Below are positions 48,051 through 58,552 of a DNA stretch of 64,000 nucleotides, piece by piece. This DNA comes from Planctomycetota bacterium (GTDB taxonomy: Bacteria > Planctomycetota > UBA8108 > UBA1146 > JAJFFE01): positions 28,793 to 92,792 of the forward strand of contig JBFWWP010000020.1 of NCBI GenBank assembly GCA_050246115.1, given 5' to 3'. A program made the position numbers and the translations under genes. The notes beneath the pieces are model-generated. The model was not told where the DNA came from, searched no databases, and saw only the letters and a list, made by a program, of their open reading frames with translations. Every line of letters begins with the position of its first letter. Positions within the stretch are counted from its first letter, which is position 1.

Positions 48051-50085
48051 GCGCCTGACAGGCTCCCAACGAATCCAACGTGGGGTCGAGGCCGGCGCCG
48101 GGGAACGGATACGGCGGCGTGGCACCGTTCGTGAAGAGGTAACTGAGCGCGTAGATCGCGTCTCCGATGTTGACGCTGCTGTCGTCGTTCACGTCCGCCG
48201 CGTCGGGGCAGGTGGGCGCTGCACCGCCCGCGAACAGGAAGGTCAAGATCGCAATGGCGTCCGCGATGTCGATCGAGCCGGTGCGGTTCGCGTCTCCGCG
48301 CAGGAACTCGACCTGCCCAGGAGCGACGATCGTCACGCGCCCGTGCAGCGGGAACGGTGCGATGCTCGGACCCAACGACGGGGAGAAGATCGTGTTGAGC
48401 GGCGGCGAACCGAGACCATCGACGAAGCGGATCTCGGTCGTCGTCCCGACGGCCAAGCCGGGAACGACATCGTACTCCAGTCCGGCCAGCATTTGGTTTG
48501 CGCTCGGCGGGAACGTGCGGAAGTCGAACGGGGACGTGGTATCCAGAATGATCCCGGCCACGATGTTCGAATCGGCTCCGCTCCCGCCGTACTCGATGTC
48601 GACGAACTCGGGCGCGAGGGACTGGGTGATCGATCCCTGCAACGTGAGTTCGCTCAAGGCCAAAATGTTGGCGTCGTAGCCGATACCGACCTGGAACCCT
48701 TGGATCGGCTCGGGGTGCGAGGCGAAGATCGGGTGAATGACCCCCACCTCGCCGGCCACCAGCTGAATGCGCGGCAGTTTGATCGAGTTGGCCGGGATGC
48801 TTCCGCTCACATACGAAGCGCGGACTCGGTTACCGGTCCCGCCGGGTCCGGTGACCGTCAAGGTGACCGTGAACGGTCCCGGCTCGACGTACAAGTGCGT
48901 GGGTGCCAACTCGGTCGACGTGCTGCCGTCACCAAAGTCCCAGAGGACAGTGTCGAACACGCTGGCGATGCTGGGCGTAAAAGCGACGGAGAGCGGAAGC
49001 ATTCCGGAAGTCGGCGAACCCACGAAATCGACCGTTGGGGGCGGTACCTCGTTCATGTAGAAGACTGCCCCGAACGCCACGAACGCGACATGGATGTAGT
49101 CCAAGGAGTCCATACTGACGCTCGGCTGCGCCGCAACGCTCAGGAACGGGGTCAGGCTCGATACGGTCCAAACAGCGCCGGCATCCAACTCGTGGAGCCG
49201 AATCTGCCCCCCTTTTGCGAACACCAACGCGGCGTGCCCGCTCTGCCCGGCGGCAATCTGCGGGTTACCCGCGGGCCCAGCGTCGCGCAACTCGGGCGCG
49301 GTGTACACACCGGCTGCCGAGCGGCGAACGTAGCGAATCGCGGAGCCGTCGAGAAAGGCCACGTGCACCGAGCCGGCACTGTCCACGTCGAGGTCGAGCG
49401 TGCCCGTCCCCGCCGTCAGGGTGGCGATGGTTTCTTCGGCGCCGACCGTAGTCCCATCGAAGGTACGTCCGAACAGAGTTCCCGACCGCACATAGCCGAT
49501 GAACGAGACGCCACCCCCGAGAGCCGCCAACGCCGGGCTCGCGCCACTGCCGATCAGGACCGTGGCGCCACCGTTGCGAACTGCGAGGATCTCGGCCGGA
49601 GCGGCGCCGACTTGCTGCTCCCACACGATGTCGATCGCGCCCTGCTCATTCACTTGGACCACGGGGTTACGGTCATCGATGCCATCATTCGTCGTGATCG
49701 CCTGGGCCGAGCTGAATTGTCCACCGTTGTTGTTGCGGTAGAGCACTTCCAAACCCATGGCACCGGGTTCGACCGACAACTCGTCATACACCACGTGCAG
49801 CAGAAACGAAGATCCGACCGCGAGCCGACCACGACCGATGGGCTGAGGGGTCGCCGCGACCGGCAGCTGCTGGCCGAACCCGAAGAGAGTACTGGCGAGG
49901 AAAAGGTCGTCGCCGTCGCCGAACAGGATGGCGACGGTGTCGTTGGTACCGACCTGCAGGTCCGGCGCGGAGAAACCACCGCTCGAAGAGGCTTGAATGG
50001 GTTGGTTGAAACTCTGAGCCGACAACTCGGTCGCGCCGCACACCAACAACACGACGCACACCCACCGGCAGGAAATTCCCGACAT
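48046..50085 (-). CDS. Secreted multidomain protein with PKD, cohesin-like and C-terminal tandem dockerin-like domains
   Basis: Signal peptide MSGISCRWVCVVLLVCGATELSAQS. PKD domain (VLWDFGDGSTSTELAPTHLYVEPGPFTVTLTVTGPGG). Cohesin-like segment (IQLVAGEVGVIHPIFASHPEPIQGFQVGIGYDANILALSELTLQGS ... QMLAGLEYDVVPGLAVGTTTEIRFVDG). C-terminus RGDANRTGSIDIADAIAILTFLF...DVNDDSSVNIGDAIYALSYLF. The stop codon lies inside the MITE copy A inverted repeat. Confidence 0.7.
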   Translation of the reverse strand: MSGISCRWVCVVLLVCGATELSAQSFNQPIQASSSGGFSAPDLQVGTNDTVAILFGDGDDLFLASTLFGFGQQLPVAATPQPIGRGRLAVGSSFLLHVVYDELSVEPGAMGLEVLYRNNNGGQFSSAQAITTNDGIDDRNPVVQVNEQGAIDIVWEQQVGAAPAEILAVRNGGATVLIGSGASPALAALGGGVSFIGYVRSGTLFGRTFDGTTVGAEETIATLTAGTGTLDLDVDSAGSVHVAFLDGSAIRYVRRSAAGVYTAPELRDAGPAGNPQIAAGQSGHAALVFAKGGQIRLHELDAGAVWTVSSLTPFLSVAAQPSVSMDSLDYIHVAFVAFGAVFYMNEVPPPTVDFVGSPTSGMLPLSVAFTPSIASVFDTVLWDFGDGSTSTELAPTHLYVEPGPFTVTLTVTGPGGTGNRVRASYVSGSIPANSIKLPRIQLVAGEVGVIHPIFASHPEPIQGFQVGIGYDANILALSELTLQGSITQSLAPEFVDIEYGGSGADSNIVAGIILDTTSPFDFRTFPPSANQMLAGLEYDVVPGLAVGTTTEIRFVDGLGSPPLNTIFSPSLGPSIAPFPLHGRVTIVAPGQVEFLRGDANRTGSIDIADAIAILTFLFAGGAAPTCPDAADVNDDSSVNIGDAIYALSYLFTNGATPPYPFPGAGLDPTLDSLGACQAP

Positions 50086-50368
50086 GCGGCGCTCCCTCGC
50101 GCGAGTAGTACTCGCGAATAACCGCTGACCCAGAATTCAGAACGCGACGTTAAGAAAGCGAGCCGGAGGCCTACCCGTCCCAGGCGAACGGACGCCGCTC
50201 GGCGGCGCACGGAACCGGGGCCTCGATCCAGAACCAAACTGGCTCCGATGAAACCAGGAAAGCCAGAATTTCCAAGCTCAATCGGGCGCTCGTCGACCCT
50301 GAGTTGCGATAGATCAAGTCCGGGCGACGTAGAGGCCCGCGTTCCCGTGCTCAACTCGTCGAACGGGC

Positions 50369-50557
50369 CCTTAGGAGTCGCCCAAGAATGACTTCGACAT
50401 CTTGCCGTCGATTTGGGTCAGATTTGGCCGATCCGGAAAGCTCGAAACCGGAGGCGTAGCCTTAGTTCCGGTGAGGATTTCGAGGTTTTCGGATCGGTCG
50501 AAGATGGCCCGAAGCGACGAGCAAGAGGGTGAAGCTATTCTTGGGCGACTCCTTAGG
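50369..50557 (-). mobile_element. MITE-like element, copy B (189 bp; reverse orientation relative to copy A)
   Basis: Near-identical reverse complement of copy A, read directly. Followed by a partial extra agtcgccc. Confidence 0.75.
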
Positions 50558-50599
50558 AGTCGCCCGCCCTCGAGAGCCCTTGGGAAGAACCTAGGTCCT

Positions 50600-51181
50600 T
50601 CAGGTCCCGGTGCGCGCGCGGCCCAGCAACTCGGTGGTATCGGGGACCGAATCGGCGTGGTCTCCGCGCTCGAGGCGGCGGACGAGGATCGCCTCCGCTT
50701 CGCGGCTCGCTCCGCCTGCGACGAGCGCGCGCGCGAACTCGAGTTCGATCTCGGCGACGTTCCGGTCAGCGACTCCCCAGGCGCCCCGCGCGAGATCGTA
50801 GGCACGGCGCAACGATTCGGCGGCAGCGCCCCAGTCGCCGCGGACGAGGAGGCGTCGACCCAGTGAAGCCCTGGCAGCGACCTCGGACGCCACGTCGGGA
50901 AAGCCCTGGTGATCGAATCCGTGGACCCGAGCGCGCTCGAAGTCTGCGTCCGAGAGCGCGTCGAAGACCGGGTCCTCCGACTCCGCGAGTCCCTGCATCT
51001 GGGCGAAGCGCAGCTGCTCTTGCGCCGCCCGAAACTGGGCGCGCTCCGCTTCGACGTCGGCATTCCTACGAGCCGACGAGAGCCACGCGACCCCAGTCAA
51101 GGATGCAAGCAAACAGAAACCGCACACGAACAGAGCGATGAGAGCGCTCGCTGGCGGTCCAGTCCTGACATCGTCGGCCAC
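50600..51181 (-). CDS. Hypothetical membrane-anchored protein
   Basis: 193 aa with an N-terminal TM helix (LIALFVCGFCLLASLTGVAWL) then a helical/TPR-like region. Flanked on both sides by MITE copies B and C. Confidence 0.35.
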   Translation of the reverse strand: MADDVRTGPPASALIALFVCGFCLLASLTGVAWLSSARRNADVEAERAQFRAAQEQLRFAQMQGLAESEDPVFDALSDADFERARVHGFDHQGFPDVASEVAARASLGRRLLVRGDWGAAAESLRRAYDLARGAWGVADRNVAEIELEFARALVAGGASREAEAILVRRLERGDHADSVPDTTELLGRARTGT

Positions 51182-51263
51182 TGCCTCACCTCCTTCTCCC
51201 CTTGGGTTCCACGGAAACGGTCGTGAACGCCCCCCCGGCTCCGCCAGCGCCCGAGTGCGAAGC

Positions 51264-51451
51264 TCTTAGGAGTCGCCCAAGAATGACTTCGACATCTTGC
51301 CGTCGATTTGGGTCAGATTCGGCCGATCCGGAAAGCTCGGAACCGGAGGCGTAGCCTTAGTTCCGGTGAGGATTTCGAGGTTTTCGGATCGGTCGAAGAT
51401 GGCCCGAAGCGACGAGCAAGAGGGTGAAGTTATTCTTGGGCGACTCCTTAG
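51264..51451 (-). mobile_element. MITE-like element, copy C (188 bp; same orientation as copy B)
   Basis: Near-identical to copy B, read directly. Its end is 1 nt from the stop codon of the downstream lipoprotein gene. Confidence 0.75.
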
Positions 51452-51452
51452 A

Positions 51453-52958
51453 TCAAGGCCCCCTGGCGGGCCCTGCCTCGGGCAACAGCGGAAAGTCGAA
51501 GTCGAAGAGCATCGTGTCGCGCGACGGCTCCGGGCCATCCGGGCCGTCGATGCCGTAAGTGGCGCGCAATCGCAGCGAGAAACTACCGGTCACCTGTAGA
51601 ACCGTCGTTCCGTCTTCGCCGACGATGAGTTCGAAGAACGCTGTCGCGCTCAGCGGAACGGGCGTATCCCGCAGGACGAATTGCCCGTCGAGCGTAGCAC
51701 GGGCTTGCACGCCGAACTGCAGCGGGTCGTTCGTGAACGTTCCCTCGAACCAGGCCCGCGGGAAGCGTTCGGCGTCGAGCAGCGTCGGACCGCGGATATG
51801 CTGATCCAGATCGGGGTGCCCCATGGTGACCGACGAGACCGGCACGTCGAAGCGACACCAGCCGGTTCGCAGCTCGGGCGACCGAAACTCGAGCGTGCCC
51901 GACGCCCCCTTGGCGGCCCCGGAGTAATGATCGAGCGGCGGCGCAAAACGAAACAGTACCCGCGGGTCATCATTCCTCTCCGCCTCCACCGTTCGCCATA
52001 CCGCCCCAACCGTGGAGTCTGGATCGGGCGTCGCTGCTCCCGAAACCGGGCGGGCCAGCGCGGGTAGCGGCAAACCGATCTCTTCCCAAGTCTTCAGCGG
52101 GACGTCGGCAGGGACGGGGTCGAAGGCGTCGCCGATGTCCGAGTTCGCGATCTGCCGCACCAGTTCCTCTTCGAGCAGCCGCGCGGCACTCGCGAGCACC
52201 CGCTCCCGCTCTTCCCAGCGCCCCCGCAGCGGATCGCCGCGATTGCTGAACACCGGCGTGTGGCAGTGGAACTGAGAGAACAGCTCGGTCGTGACGAACA
52301 GCTCTCCTTCGGGAGAACGATACGGATGGAAATCCATGTAGAACGCTCGGTCGGAGCGGCCGAGACGCGCGGGCTCGGAGCGACGAAAGCGGCTGAAGGC
52401 GCCCTCGATCGCGCGACGTGCAGACTGAGCGAACTCGAAGCGGACATCGTCGCCGCTCCCGGCGACCGAGGTCGCCCCCGTGAGCGGCGTGATCTTGATC
52501 GGCACCACGACCTGCATGCGACCGACTCGCCATACGGGTGCGTCGGGTAGTTCGAGAAACTGGTCGCTTTGGGGCACCCGCCGGAAGGTGCGTACGAAGT
52601 TCTCGAGGCGGTCGACGTCGAGGTAGCGGCCTTGATAGACCGCTCGACCACGGGCGTTGACGAACGCGATCAGCGGTGTGAGCGCGACCTCGGCCGGAGC
52701 GCCCTCGGTGACCGAGATCACGCGCATAGGGATCCCCGCGTAGGCCGCGAAGAGCTCGATCTCCAAGAGGTCGTTCGCCTCGAAGCGCCGCGCCAGATCC
52801 GAGCGCTGCGGCTGAACGAACACGACGAGGGTCTCCGGCGGGACGGCCTCGGCCGCACCCGCGCGCCCCGCTCCATCGTCGTCGCGGGTCTCCCGTTGAC
52901 AACCCCATACCAACAGCAGCAACCCCAGGGCCACCGCTCGGTTCGTCTTCGCGCGCAA
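51453..52958 (-). CDS. Hypothetical lipoprotein with a C-terminal YceI-like domain
   Basis: Proposed TTG start (complement of 52956-52958) preceded by GAGGAGG-N5, giving MRAKTNRAVALGLLLLVWGC (lipobox). C-terminal region TLEFRSPELRTGW...ATLDGQFVLRDTPVPLSATAFFEL is YceI-like. The track start at 53141 adds an Arg-rich unconserved extension. Confidence 0.55.
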   Translation of the reverse strand: MRAKTNRAVALGLLLLVWGCQRETRDDDGAGRAGAAEAVPPETLVVFVQPQRSDLARRFEANDLLEIELFAAYAGIPMRVISVTEGAPAEVALTPLIAFVNARGRAVYQGRYLDVDRLENFVRTFRRVPQSDQFLELPDAPVWRVGRMQVVVPIKITPLTGATSVAGSGDDVRFEFAQSARRAIEGAFSRFRRSEPARLGRSDRAFYMDFHPYRSPEGELFVTTELFSQFHCHTPVFSNRGDPLRGRWEERERVLASAARLLEEELVRQIANSDIGDAFDPVPADVPLKTWEEIGLPLPALARPVSGAATPDPDSTVGAVWRTVEAERNDDPRVLFRFAPPLDHYSGAAKGASGTLEFRSPELRTGWCRFDVPVSSVTMGHPDLDQHIRGPTLLDAERFPRAWFEGTFTNDPLQFGVQARATLDGQFVLRDTPVPLSATAFFELIVGEDGTTVLQVTGSFSLRLRATYGIDGPDGPEPSRDTMLFDFDFPLLPEAGPARGP

Positions 52959-53294
52959 CGGTTCCTCCTCGCCTCTCCGTGATCGCGCTCGGCTATCGCG
53001 CGCCACCGGCAGGGTAGCCCAGGTTCGGCGGCGGCACCACGGGTCGCGCGGGATCGGTCGGTCGGTTACATTGAGTCGGGTCGGGGGCCCGCACGATCCC
53101 CGCGAGTCCGCATTGCGGCCCTCGGCGACAGCGGAAACCACCCGCCACGCCCCCAGGTGAAACGGCGTTCGTGCGGCACTCGGTTCCGGGCGACGGAACG
53201 GCGCGTCGCCGCTGCTTCGCGGGAAGTCGTCCTCCCTGGCATTCGCGCCGGGCGCTCGTGATCGAAGGATTCAGGCCAAGTTCCAGGAGTCGGC

Positions 53295-54440
53295 ATGCTG
53301 CCCCCCCGAAAACCAACCCGTGCCGTGAAGATCGGGTCCGTTACCATCGGCGGCGGCCAGCCGATCGCCGTGCAGAGTATGTGCGCGACCTCCACGAAGG
53401 ACGTGCCCGCCACCCTCGCCCAGATTCGACACTTGGTCGCGGCTGGCGCAGACATCCTGCGGCTCGCCGTGGACAACCCCCGGGACGCGGAAGCGTTGGC
53501 GGAGATCCGACCGCAGACCCAAGCCAACCTCGTCGTCGATCTGCAAGAGAACTACCGGCTGGCCGCCCGGGTGGCCCCGTTCGTCGACAAGATCCGGTAC
53601 AACCCAGGCCACCTCTATCACCACGAGCGCGAAAAGCCCTGGCAGGACAAGGTGCGCTTCATCGTGGATCAAGCCGTGGCGCACGACTGCGCGTTGCGAG
53701 TCGGCGTGAACTGCGGTTCGGTCGACCCCGCGAAGAAGGCCACCCACGACCCGCACGACTCGATCGGCCCGATGCTCGAGAGCGCGCTGGAACACTGTGC
53801 GCTCCTCGACGACCTGGGTTTCACCCGCTACTGCGTATCGCTCAAGGACTCGGATCCCGACAAAGTCATCGCCGCCAACATGCGTTTCGCCGCCGCGCGC
53901 CCGGAGGTGCCGCTCCATCTCGGGGTCACGGAAGCGGGCCTGCCCCCGGACGGCGTACTGAAGACCCGAATCGCCTTCGAGCAGTTGATCGGTCAAGGAA
54001 TCGGCGACACGATCCGGGTTTCCTTGACGGTGCCCAATTCCCGCAAGCACGAAGAGATCGAGGCGGGCCGCCAGATTCTCGCCGACATCGCGAGCGGGCG
54101 AGTCCGGACCGTAGTCCGCTTCGATCGCGAACGTCTCAACATCATCAGCTGCCCGAGCTGTTCGCGCGTCGAGAATCAGGCCTTCGTCGAGTTGGCCCAG
54201 GACGTCAAGGAACTCACGCGCTATGCCGAGCAACACGCCATCACGATCGCGATCATGGGTTGTCGCGTGAACGGACCCGGGGAAACGGACGACGCCGACC
54301 TCGGCTTGTGGTGCGCACCGACGTTCGTCAACCTGAAGCGAGGCACCGAAGCCCTCGGAGCATTTCCGTACGACCAAATCCTGCCGCGACTCAAGGACGA
54401 GTTGGACCGCATCATCGCGACCAAGGGGGTAGCTCGTTGA
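53295..54440 (+). CDS. ispG: 4-hydroxy-3-methylbut-2-en-1-yl diphosphate synthase (flavodoxin) IspG
   Basis: [19 protein letters not shown]...[10 protein letters not shown]...[10 protein letters not shown] are GcpE motifs. Confidence 0.9.
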   Translation: MLPPRKPTRAVKIGSVTIGGGQPIAVQSMCATSTKDVPATLAQIRHLVAAGADILRLAVDNPRDAEALAEIRPQTQANLVVDLQENYRLAARVAPFVDKIRYNPGHLYHHEREKPWQDKVRFIVDQAVAHDCALRVGVNCGSVDPAKKATHDPHDSIGPMLESALEHCALLDDLGFTRYCVSLKDSDPDKVIAANMRFAAARPEVPLHLGVTEAGLPPDGVLKTRIAFEQLIGQGIGDTIRVSLTVPNSRKHEEIEAGRQILADIASGRVRTVVRFDRERLNIISCPSCSRVENQAFVELAQDVKELTRYAEQHAITIAIMGCRVNGPGETDDADLGLWCAPTFVNLKRGTEALGAFPYDQILPRLKDELDRIIATKGVAR

Positions 54441-54480
54441 CTCGGGTATCCCGTGACCTTGAAGCTCCGGACTCCGAATC

Positions 54481-55632
54481 TCACCCGCGAACTTGCGCGT
54501 AGGCCCAATCGATCCAAGGGAAGAGTGCCTGCAGGTCGGCGCGCTCGACGGTGGCTCCACCCCACAACCGCAATCCCGGCGGCGCGTCGCGGTAGGAAGC
54601 GATGTCGAACCCGGCCCCTTCCGCCTCGAGCAGTGAGGTGAGTTTCTTGACCACTGCTGCCTGATTCTCGACGCTCTGCGCGCAGAACCATGGATCGGTC
54701 AGACGCAAGCAGATCGACGTGCAAGAACGCACCGCGGGGTCGCGCGCCAGAAACTCGATCCAGGGCGTCCGCTCGACCCACTCGGCAACCGCCGCAAGGT
54801 TCGCCTCGCTGCGCTCGATCAAGGCCGGGGCGCCGCCGATCTCTTCCGCCCAACTCAAACTGTCGAGTACGTCCTCGACGCACAGCATCGACGGAGTGTT
54901 GATGGTGTCGCCCTTGAAGATGGCTTCGTCGAGTTTGCCCTTCTTGACCATGCGGAAGATCTTCGGCATCGGCCAAGTAGGTGTATGGCTCTCGAGACGC
55001 TCCACGGCACGTGGTCCGAGCGCGATCATGCCGTGCTGCGCCTCGCCACCCAACACCTTCTGCCAGGAGTAGGTGATCACGTCGAGCTTGCGCCAGGGCA
55101 TCCGCATGGAGAAGACCGCGGAAGTCGCGTCACAAATGGTCAGCCCTTGCCGACCGTCGGAGATCCAGTCCCCGTGCGGAACCCTCACCCCGGACGTCGT
55201 GCCATTCCAGGTGAAGACGAGATCCCGTTGCGGGTCGTACTGGGCGAGATCCGGCAGCTCCCCGTAGTCGGCCTCCAGAACCTGCACCGCGGGGAGTTCG
55301 AGTTCCTTCAGGATGTCGGTGACCCACTCTCGGCCGAAGGCTTCCCAGCCCGCCACGGCGACGCCCCGCGGTCCCAGCAGAGACCACATCGCCATCTCGA
55401 CGGCACCCGTGTCGGAAGCAGCAACGATTCCCAGTTTGTAGTCGTCGGGGAGCCCCAAGAGCGCGTGCGACCGTTCAATGACCTCGGCCAGCTTGCGACG
55501 GCCATCCTTGGAACGGTGCGAACGACCGACCAGCGCCTGATCGAGAACCCCAGGGTTCCAACCGCGGCGTTTGGCGCAGGGGCCCGATGAGAAGCACGGA
55601 TTGTTCGGCTTGATCGTGGGTTTGATGCTCAT
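54481..55632 (-). CDS. serC: Phosphoserine aminotransferase (long, actinobacterial-type SerC)
   Basis: Internal ATG (complement of 55630-55632) gives [25 protein letters not shown]..., a class V aminotransferase. The upstream 152 codons of the track ORF are Arg-rich and spurious. Confidence 0.8.
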   Translation of the reverse strand: MSIKPTIKPNNPCFSSGPCAKRRGWNPGVLDQALVGRSHRSKDGRRKLAEVIERSHALLGLPDDYKLGIVAASDTGAVEMAMWSLLGPRGVAVAGWEAFGREWVTDILKELELPAVQVLEADYGELPDLAQYDPQRDLVFTWNGTTSGVRVPHGDWISDGRQGLTICDATSAVFSMRMPWRKLDVITYSWQKVLGGEAQHGMIALGPRAVERLESHTPTWPMPKIFRMVKKGKLDEAIFKGDTINTPSMLCVEDVLDSLSWAEEIGGAPALIERSEANLAAVAEWVERTPWIEFLARDPAVRSCTSICLRLTDPWFCAQSVENQAAVVKKLTSLLEAEGAGFDIASYRDAPPGLRLWGGATVERADLQALFPWIDWAYAQVRG

Positions 55633-55750
55633 GGCGCGAGGATATTGCCCGTCGCCGGGGTTGCCCAGCGAATCCAGGTCGACGGCCGCAGCCGTTTTCC
55701 GTCTTGCGCGCCACGAGTCCGGCCTGCTAAGGCATGAGCGCCGCCGTCGG

Positions 55751-57340
55751 GTGACTTGGCGCACTCCGAGGCGCCTACCCAGAGGTCGGGGCGTTGGAGT
55801 TCCCTGTTGGACTTCATTTCTCGCCCCAGCGACAGGAGCCGCCCTGGACGAAGTCCCCAACACCCGCGTCCGCCTCCGCAACCGACTACCGGTCCGTCGG
55901 GACGGGGACTTCGTATTGTATTGGATGGTCGCGAACCGGCGGCTCGGCTGGAACTTCGCGCTGCAACGCGCGGTCGAGTGGTGCCGTGAACTCGACCGAC
56001 CGCTGATCATCCTGGAGGCCCTGCGATGCGGATACCCCTGGGCCAGCCCCCGCCTCCACCGCTTCGTTCTCGACGGTATGCAATGCAACCGGAGCGCCTG
56101 CGCCGGGTCTTCGGTCCGTTACTATCCGTACGTGGAGCCCGTGCTCGACGCGGGCAAAGGCCTCCTCGAAGCGCTGGCCCAAGATGCTTGCGTCGTCGTA
56201 ACCGATGACTTCCCGTGCTTCATCGTTCCCGCCATGACCCGCGCCGCCGCCGAACGGGTTCCCGTGCGACTCGAGGACGTCGACTCCAACGGTCTGCTAC
56301 CCATGCGCTCGACGGAGCAGGTGTTTCCGACGGCGTATGCCCTGCGCAGATTCCTGCAGAAGCACCTCGCGGAGCACCTGGCTGCCCCGCCGGCCGAGAA
56401 TCCGCTCGGCCCCCTGAAACGACGCGGCATGGCGACGCTCCCGCGTGAGGTCGAGCGCCGCTGGCCGGAGGCGTCGGATGAACTCCTCGCGGGAAGCCCG
56501 GCCGCGCTCGCCGCACTGCCTCTCGACCACAGCGTCCCGGTGACCTCGACGCGCGGCGGTGCGGACGCCGCTGCGCGCGCGATGACCGAGTTCCTCGACC
56601 ACCGGCTCAGCCGCTATGCCGAAGACCGCAATCAACCGGAGCGAGCGGTCACGAGTGAGCTGTCCCCGTACCTCCACTTTGGACATGTGTCGGTGCACCA
56701 AGTCGTCGACGAGGTGCTGGCGCGCGAGGAGTGGTCGATCGAAGACCTCCCCGCGACGGGCAACGGCTCACGAGCTGGGTGGTGGCAGGTCGGTGAGAAC
56801 GCCGAGGGCTTCCTCGACGAACTCGTCACTTGGCGAGAACTGGGGTTCAACCTGTGCGCGCACCGAGACGACTACGCGCGCTACGAGTCGCTCCCGGACT
56901 GGGCTCAGAAAACGCTCGACGAACATGCGAGTGACCCTCGCGAACCCAGCTACGACCTGGAGCAGTTCGACCGCGCAGCGACCCACGACGAACTTTGGAA
57001 CGCGGCCCAGACCCAACTGGTGCGGGAGGGACGAATCCACAACTATCTTCGCATGCTATGGGGCAAGAAGATCCTCGAGTGGAGCCGGACGCCCAGGGAC
57101 GCCCTGGCGACCATGATCGAGCTCAACAACCGTTACGCCCTCGACGGCCGCAACCCCAACTCCTACAGCGGGATCTTCTGGGTGCTCGGCCGCTATGACC
57201 GGCCCTGGGGACCGGAGCGCAAGGTGTTCGGGAAGATCCGTTACATGTCGTCGGAGAACACCGCGCGCAAGGTCAGCCTCCGGGGTTACCTCGAGCGCTA
57301 CTCGAGCGCGGCGGCGCGTGGCTGCCTCGACTTCGGTTGA
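55751..57340 (+). CDS. phr: Deoxyribodipyrimidine photolyase (class II CPD photolyase-like)
   Basis: [21 protein letters not shown] (N-terminal), [10 protein letters not shown], and a C-terminal FAD-binding region [18 protein letters not shown]...[29 protein letters not shown]. Start uncertain; an in-frame GTG at 55751 is proposed. Confidence 0.75.
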   Translation: MTWRTPRRLPRGRGVGVPCWTSFLAPATGAALDEVPNTRVRLRNRLPVRRDGDFVLYWMVANRRLGWNFALQRAVEWCRELDRPLIILEALRCGYPWASPRLHRFVLDGMQCNRSACAGSSVRYYPYVEPVLDAGKGLLEALAQDACVVVTDDFPCFIVPAMTRAAAERVPVRLEDVDSNGLLPMRSTEQVFPTAYALRRFLQKHLAEHLAAPPAENPLGPLKRRGMATLPREVERRWPEASDELLAGSPAALAALPLDHSVPVTSTRGGADAAARAMTEFLDHRLSRYAEDRNQPERAVTSELSPYLHFGHVSVHQVVDEVLAREEWSIEDLPATGNGSRAGWWQVGENAEGFLDELVTWRELGFNLCAHRDDYARYESLPDWAQKTLDEHASDPREPSYDLEQFDRAATHDELWNAAQTQLVREGRIHNYLRMLWGKKILEWSRTPRDALATMIELNNRYALDGRNPNSYSGIFWVLGRYDRPWGPERKVFGKIRYMSSENTARKVSLRGYLERYSSAAARGCLDFG

Positions 57341-57595
57341 AGTTCCGGTCCTCCCGCGCCCGGTCCAGGACCAACCCGCCCCCCGGGCGCTCCTCAGGGA
57401 GCTGAATCCGGGGCGCCCGGGACCACGAACCTTCCCGGGAACCCGCCGGCGAGCCGCCACTTGCGCCTCGACAAACGGCCCGCCACACCCGACGCTCCCG
57501 GCGGCAGGTGCGATGGGGGAGTTCCCGTGCGACCTGAACCCTGAGCCGAACCCAGGCCGAGCGCACCCCGCGACCGGCGAGAGCGGAAAGCAACC

Positions 57596-58552
57596 ATGCA
57601 CCCCGATCCCCCCGCTCCGGCGACCCGCCTCCAGAGGTTCTGGCGCCCGCTCGCGAGCTTCTTCGACGGCAGGGCCGACGAAAACGCGACCCTCGACCCG
57701 TCGATCGCGGACCGTGTGGACTGGATCCGCATCCTCCCGTTCTTGGGAGTCCACGTGTTGTGCCTCGGGGTCGTTTGGGTGGGTTGGAGTGCGACCGCAG
57801 TAGCCGTGGCCGTCGGCCTGTATGCGGTACGGATGTTCGCCATCACGGCGTTCTATCACCGCTACTTCTCGCACCGCAGCTTCAAAACCTCGCGTCACGT
57901 GCAGTTCCTCGGCGCGCTCCTCGCCAACATGGCCGGCCAACGTGGCCCGCTCTGGTGGGCGGCACACCACCGACATCACCATCGTCACTCCGACACACCG
58001 GCGGATGCCCACTCTCCTCGCGAACGCGGCTTCTGGTGGAGCCATGTGTTCTGGTTCACCTGCCGCCGAAACTTTCGTACGCGCTGGGAACTCGTGCGCG
58101 ACCTCGCGAAGTTCCGGGAGCTCCGCTTCCTCGACCGTTTCGACTGGATCGCCCCGAGCCTGCTGGCGCTCGGGCTCTACGCGATCGGCGTGGGGCTCGA
58201 AGCCTGGGCTCCCACGCTCGGTACCAGCGGACTCCAGTTGCTCGTCTGGGGCTTTGGCGTGTCGACCGTCGCGGTGTTCCACGCCACCTGTACGATCAAC
58301 TCGCTGGGGCATCTCTTTGGCCGCCAACGCTACGCAACCCAAGACGAGAGCCGCAACAGCGCCCTGCTCGCGTTCCTCACTCTGGGCGAGGGATGGCACA
58401 ACAATCACCACCACTACCCGGCCGCGACCCGCCAAGGTTTCTACTGGTGGGAGATCGACCTCACGTACTACGTGCTCCGCGGGCTCGCTTCACTCGGCGT
58501 CGTTCGCGAGCTGAGGCCCGTCCCGGAGCGGGTGCGAGCGCAGCGACCATGA
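57596..58552 (+). CDS. Membrane fatty-acid desaturase (acyl-CoA/acyl-lipid delta-9-type, three His boxes)
   Basis: His boxes HRYFSHRS, HHRHHHRHSD and HNNHHHYP, with multiple TM helices. Confidence 0.8.
   Translation: MHPDPPAPATRLQRFWRPLASFFDGRADENATLDPSIADRVDWIRILPFLGVHVLCLGVVWVGWSATAVAVAVGLYAVRMFAITAFYHRYFSHRSFKTSRHVQFLGALLANMAGQRGPLWWAAHHRHHHRHSDTPADAHSPRERGFWWSHVFWFTCRRNFRTRWELVRDLAKFRELRFLDRFDWIAPSLLALGLYAIGVGLEAWAPTLGTSGLQLLVWGFGVSTVAVFHATCTINSLGHLFGRQRYATQDESRNSALLAFLTLGEGWHNNHHHYPAATRQGFYWWEIDLTYYVLRGLASLGVVRELRPVPERVRAQRP

Noticed and set aside
48034-50121. 695-aa plus-strand ORF
   Set aside because: Antisense to the PKD/cohesin-like/dockerin gene. Arg-rich.
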